From the NCBI RefSeq assembly GCF_000150275.1, contig NW_002061072.1, positions 1-9,657 of the forward strand: DNA of 9,657 nt, in the 5' to 3' direction. Positions within the stretch are counted from its first letter, which is position 1; every line of letters starts with the position of its first letter. A program made the translations under genes and the position numbers. The notes below the pieces were generated by a model that was not told where the DNA came from, searched no databases, and saw only the letters and a program-made list of their open reading frames with translations. Shown piece after piece: positions 8,054-9,657 of the stretch. The DNA comes from Trichoplax adhaerens (Eukaryota; Animalia; Placozoa).

Positions 8054-9657
8054 AATTAGTAAATAAAGTTAGATAAATTACATGCTATTAAGATAGTAAA
8101 ATACTGTTTTATCGATAGCTCATTTTATTTATGAGCCCGGCATGTGAGACAACTTCTATCCTCTTTCGAAATTGTATTTATTCATTTTCACTTAAATTAG
8201 AAAAGAAAATAATGCTCTTTGGTTAAAATAAACCTCACTATATGCTACGTTAACTATCCAGGTAAAGAGGAACTCCTTACCGGTAAAAGTCAATAAATAA
8301 ATAGCCTACGCTCATACTTGTTACTTGTAGATGATGTACACAGCATTACATGAGAATGCGTTGATAATATTTTAGTGATCGTAGTATATATTGTATTAAT
8401 TCTTTTAAGATAGCATCATCACGGAATAAATTTAATAGATAAAATAAATATTACTGAAATAGCTGATAATATCTAATGTCTTATATAAAGAATACAAGTA
8501 CAGCTTTTTACTATTAATTATTTAAATCTGCACATTAGAATTACAGTCCCCGATCTTTTATGCATCATAATGCAAGGCCGATCGTATGCAATCCATTAGT
8601 AAATTAAGTAAAGTCCAAATAGATTAACAATAATTATTCTAAGGCGTAGAAAGACCTATGATTGCAATTATTCTTCGAAAATATAAATAATTATGAAATG
8701 TAGTTGTAATGCTGACGAGTTTAGTAAAAAGACTGCGTTTGTCTTTTGTAGTTAACGATTCTGTTTATTGCGATGGCACTGCGACACGAAACGTTGGCAA
8801 CACATACTGCCCTTTGTATACGATTACACAGAGATATATTCTACATAATGCAGTGATAATTATCGGGGCGCACGATAGAGTAAAACTTGTTTAGAACTAG
8901 TCGCTTATCTAATGACGATACGATACGTGTACTATTACAATAAACTAGCATTAATGTCGCGCCGATACACTCAGTGTACATCTACAGTAGTCATATAAAT
9001 AGTATTATAATCGAGTTTGTAGTCACTTTATTAAATCATCGATTTTATATAATAATGTTTTACATCATCTCGCTAGGAAACTAGCTACTGTATTAAAGGA
9101 CTAAAAGCAACGTCCTTCATAACTTATAGTACGTAACTATTTTAATTTAATATACAAAATACCTAGAAAGTCATAGTATCTTTTAGTTTTACCCTGCCAA
9201 TTCTTTATGTCGCCATCTTTTCTTCTTTATTAATTTACTAAGTATTATATAGATTACAATAGGAGTAAACTAAGAGCAATCACCTAATCTAAAGAAAGGA
9301 CATTTCATAGTATACTGAGATTATAGTGTCACGGTACGCCGTTACTAATTAAGTAACTGTAAATTAATGAAAGCTTATGAATAGATAAGATAAGGTTATG
9401 TGCTATGTTTTAATGCGCTTGTAGCTGATAATAGGGTGGTAGAAATGAGATAAAAATAGAAGTTGTTAGCAGTTAATTTACTGTAGGTTTATAAGGTGTG
9501 TTAATCTCTAAAAATTGAGCTGTATATAGACGAAGGTTAAGTGTCTTAACACCTGATAGCTTGTAGCTATCTAAGTCTGAGAATATCGACATGTATATTT
9601 AGTAATGGTATTATACTAGTTAATGTAACTTGTAAAGCATGAATTCTCACTCGTAAT

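Noticed and set aside
3493-8894. Short ORFs 3493-3690 (-), 5283-5468 (-), 6993-7214 (-) and 8709-8894 (+)
   Set aside because: Two are antisense shadows of real coding exons; the others are short and featureless.
9494-9648. Cluster of short inverted repeats (GTTAAG/CTTAAC, GATAGC/GCTATC, TGAGAAT/ATTCTCA)
   Set aside because: The stems are only 6-7 bp in AT-rich DNA, with no terminal inverted repeats or TSD defining a MITE or structured RNA.

Overview
AT-rich eukaryotic genomic DNA with short GT-AG introns and a 452-N assembly gap (4163-4614). The style resembles a compact basal-metazoan genome such as a placozoan (Trichoplax-like); this is inference. Two + strand coding loci are visible. (1) A spliced gene: a probable start exon 1198-1210, an exon 2752-2979 encoding the N-terminal part of an APAF-1/CED-4-type NB-ARC domain with a non-canonical P-loop (RIVGSGKS), a 51-nt exon 3089-3139, and a large Asn/Asp/Ser-rich exon from 3251 with ~25-27-aa tandem repeats that runs into the gap. 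No Walker B or rest of the NB-ARC domain is visible. (2) An uninterrupted 440-codon ORF (6298-7620) for an uncharacterised multi-pass membrane protein, bracketed by a diverged ~60-90 bp direct repeat 1800 bp apart. A ~55-bp minisatellite with an internal hairpin lies in the putative first intron of gene 1. No rRNA, tRNA, CRISPR or recognisable transposase/RT was seen.
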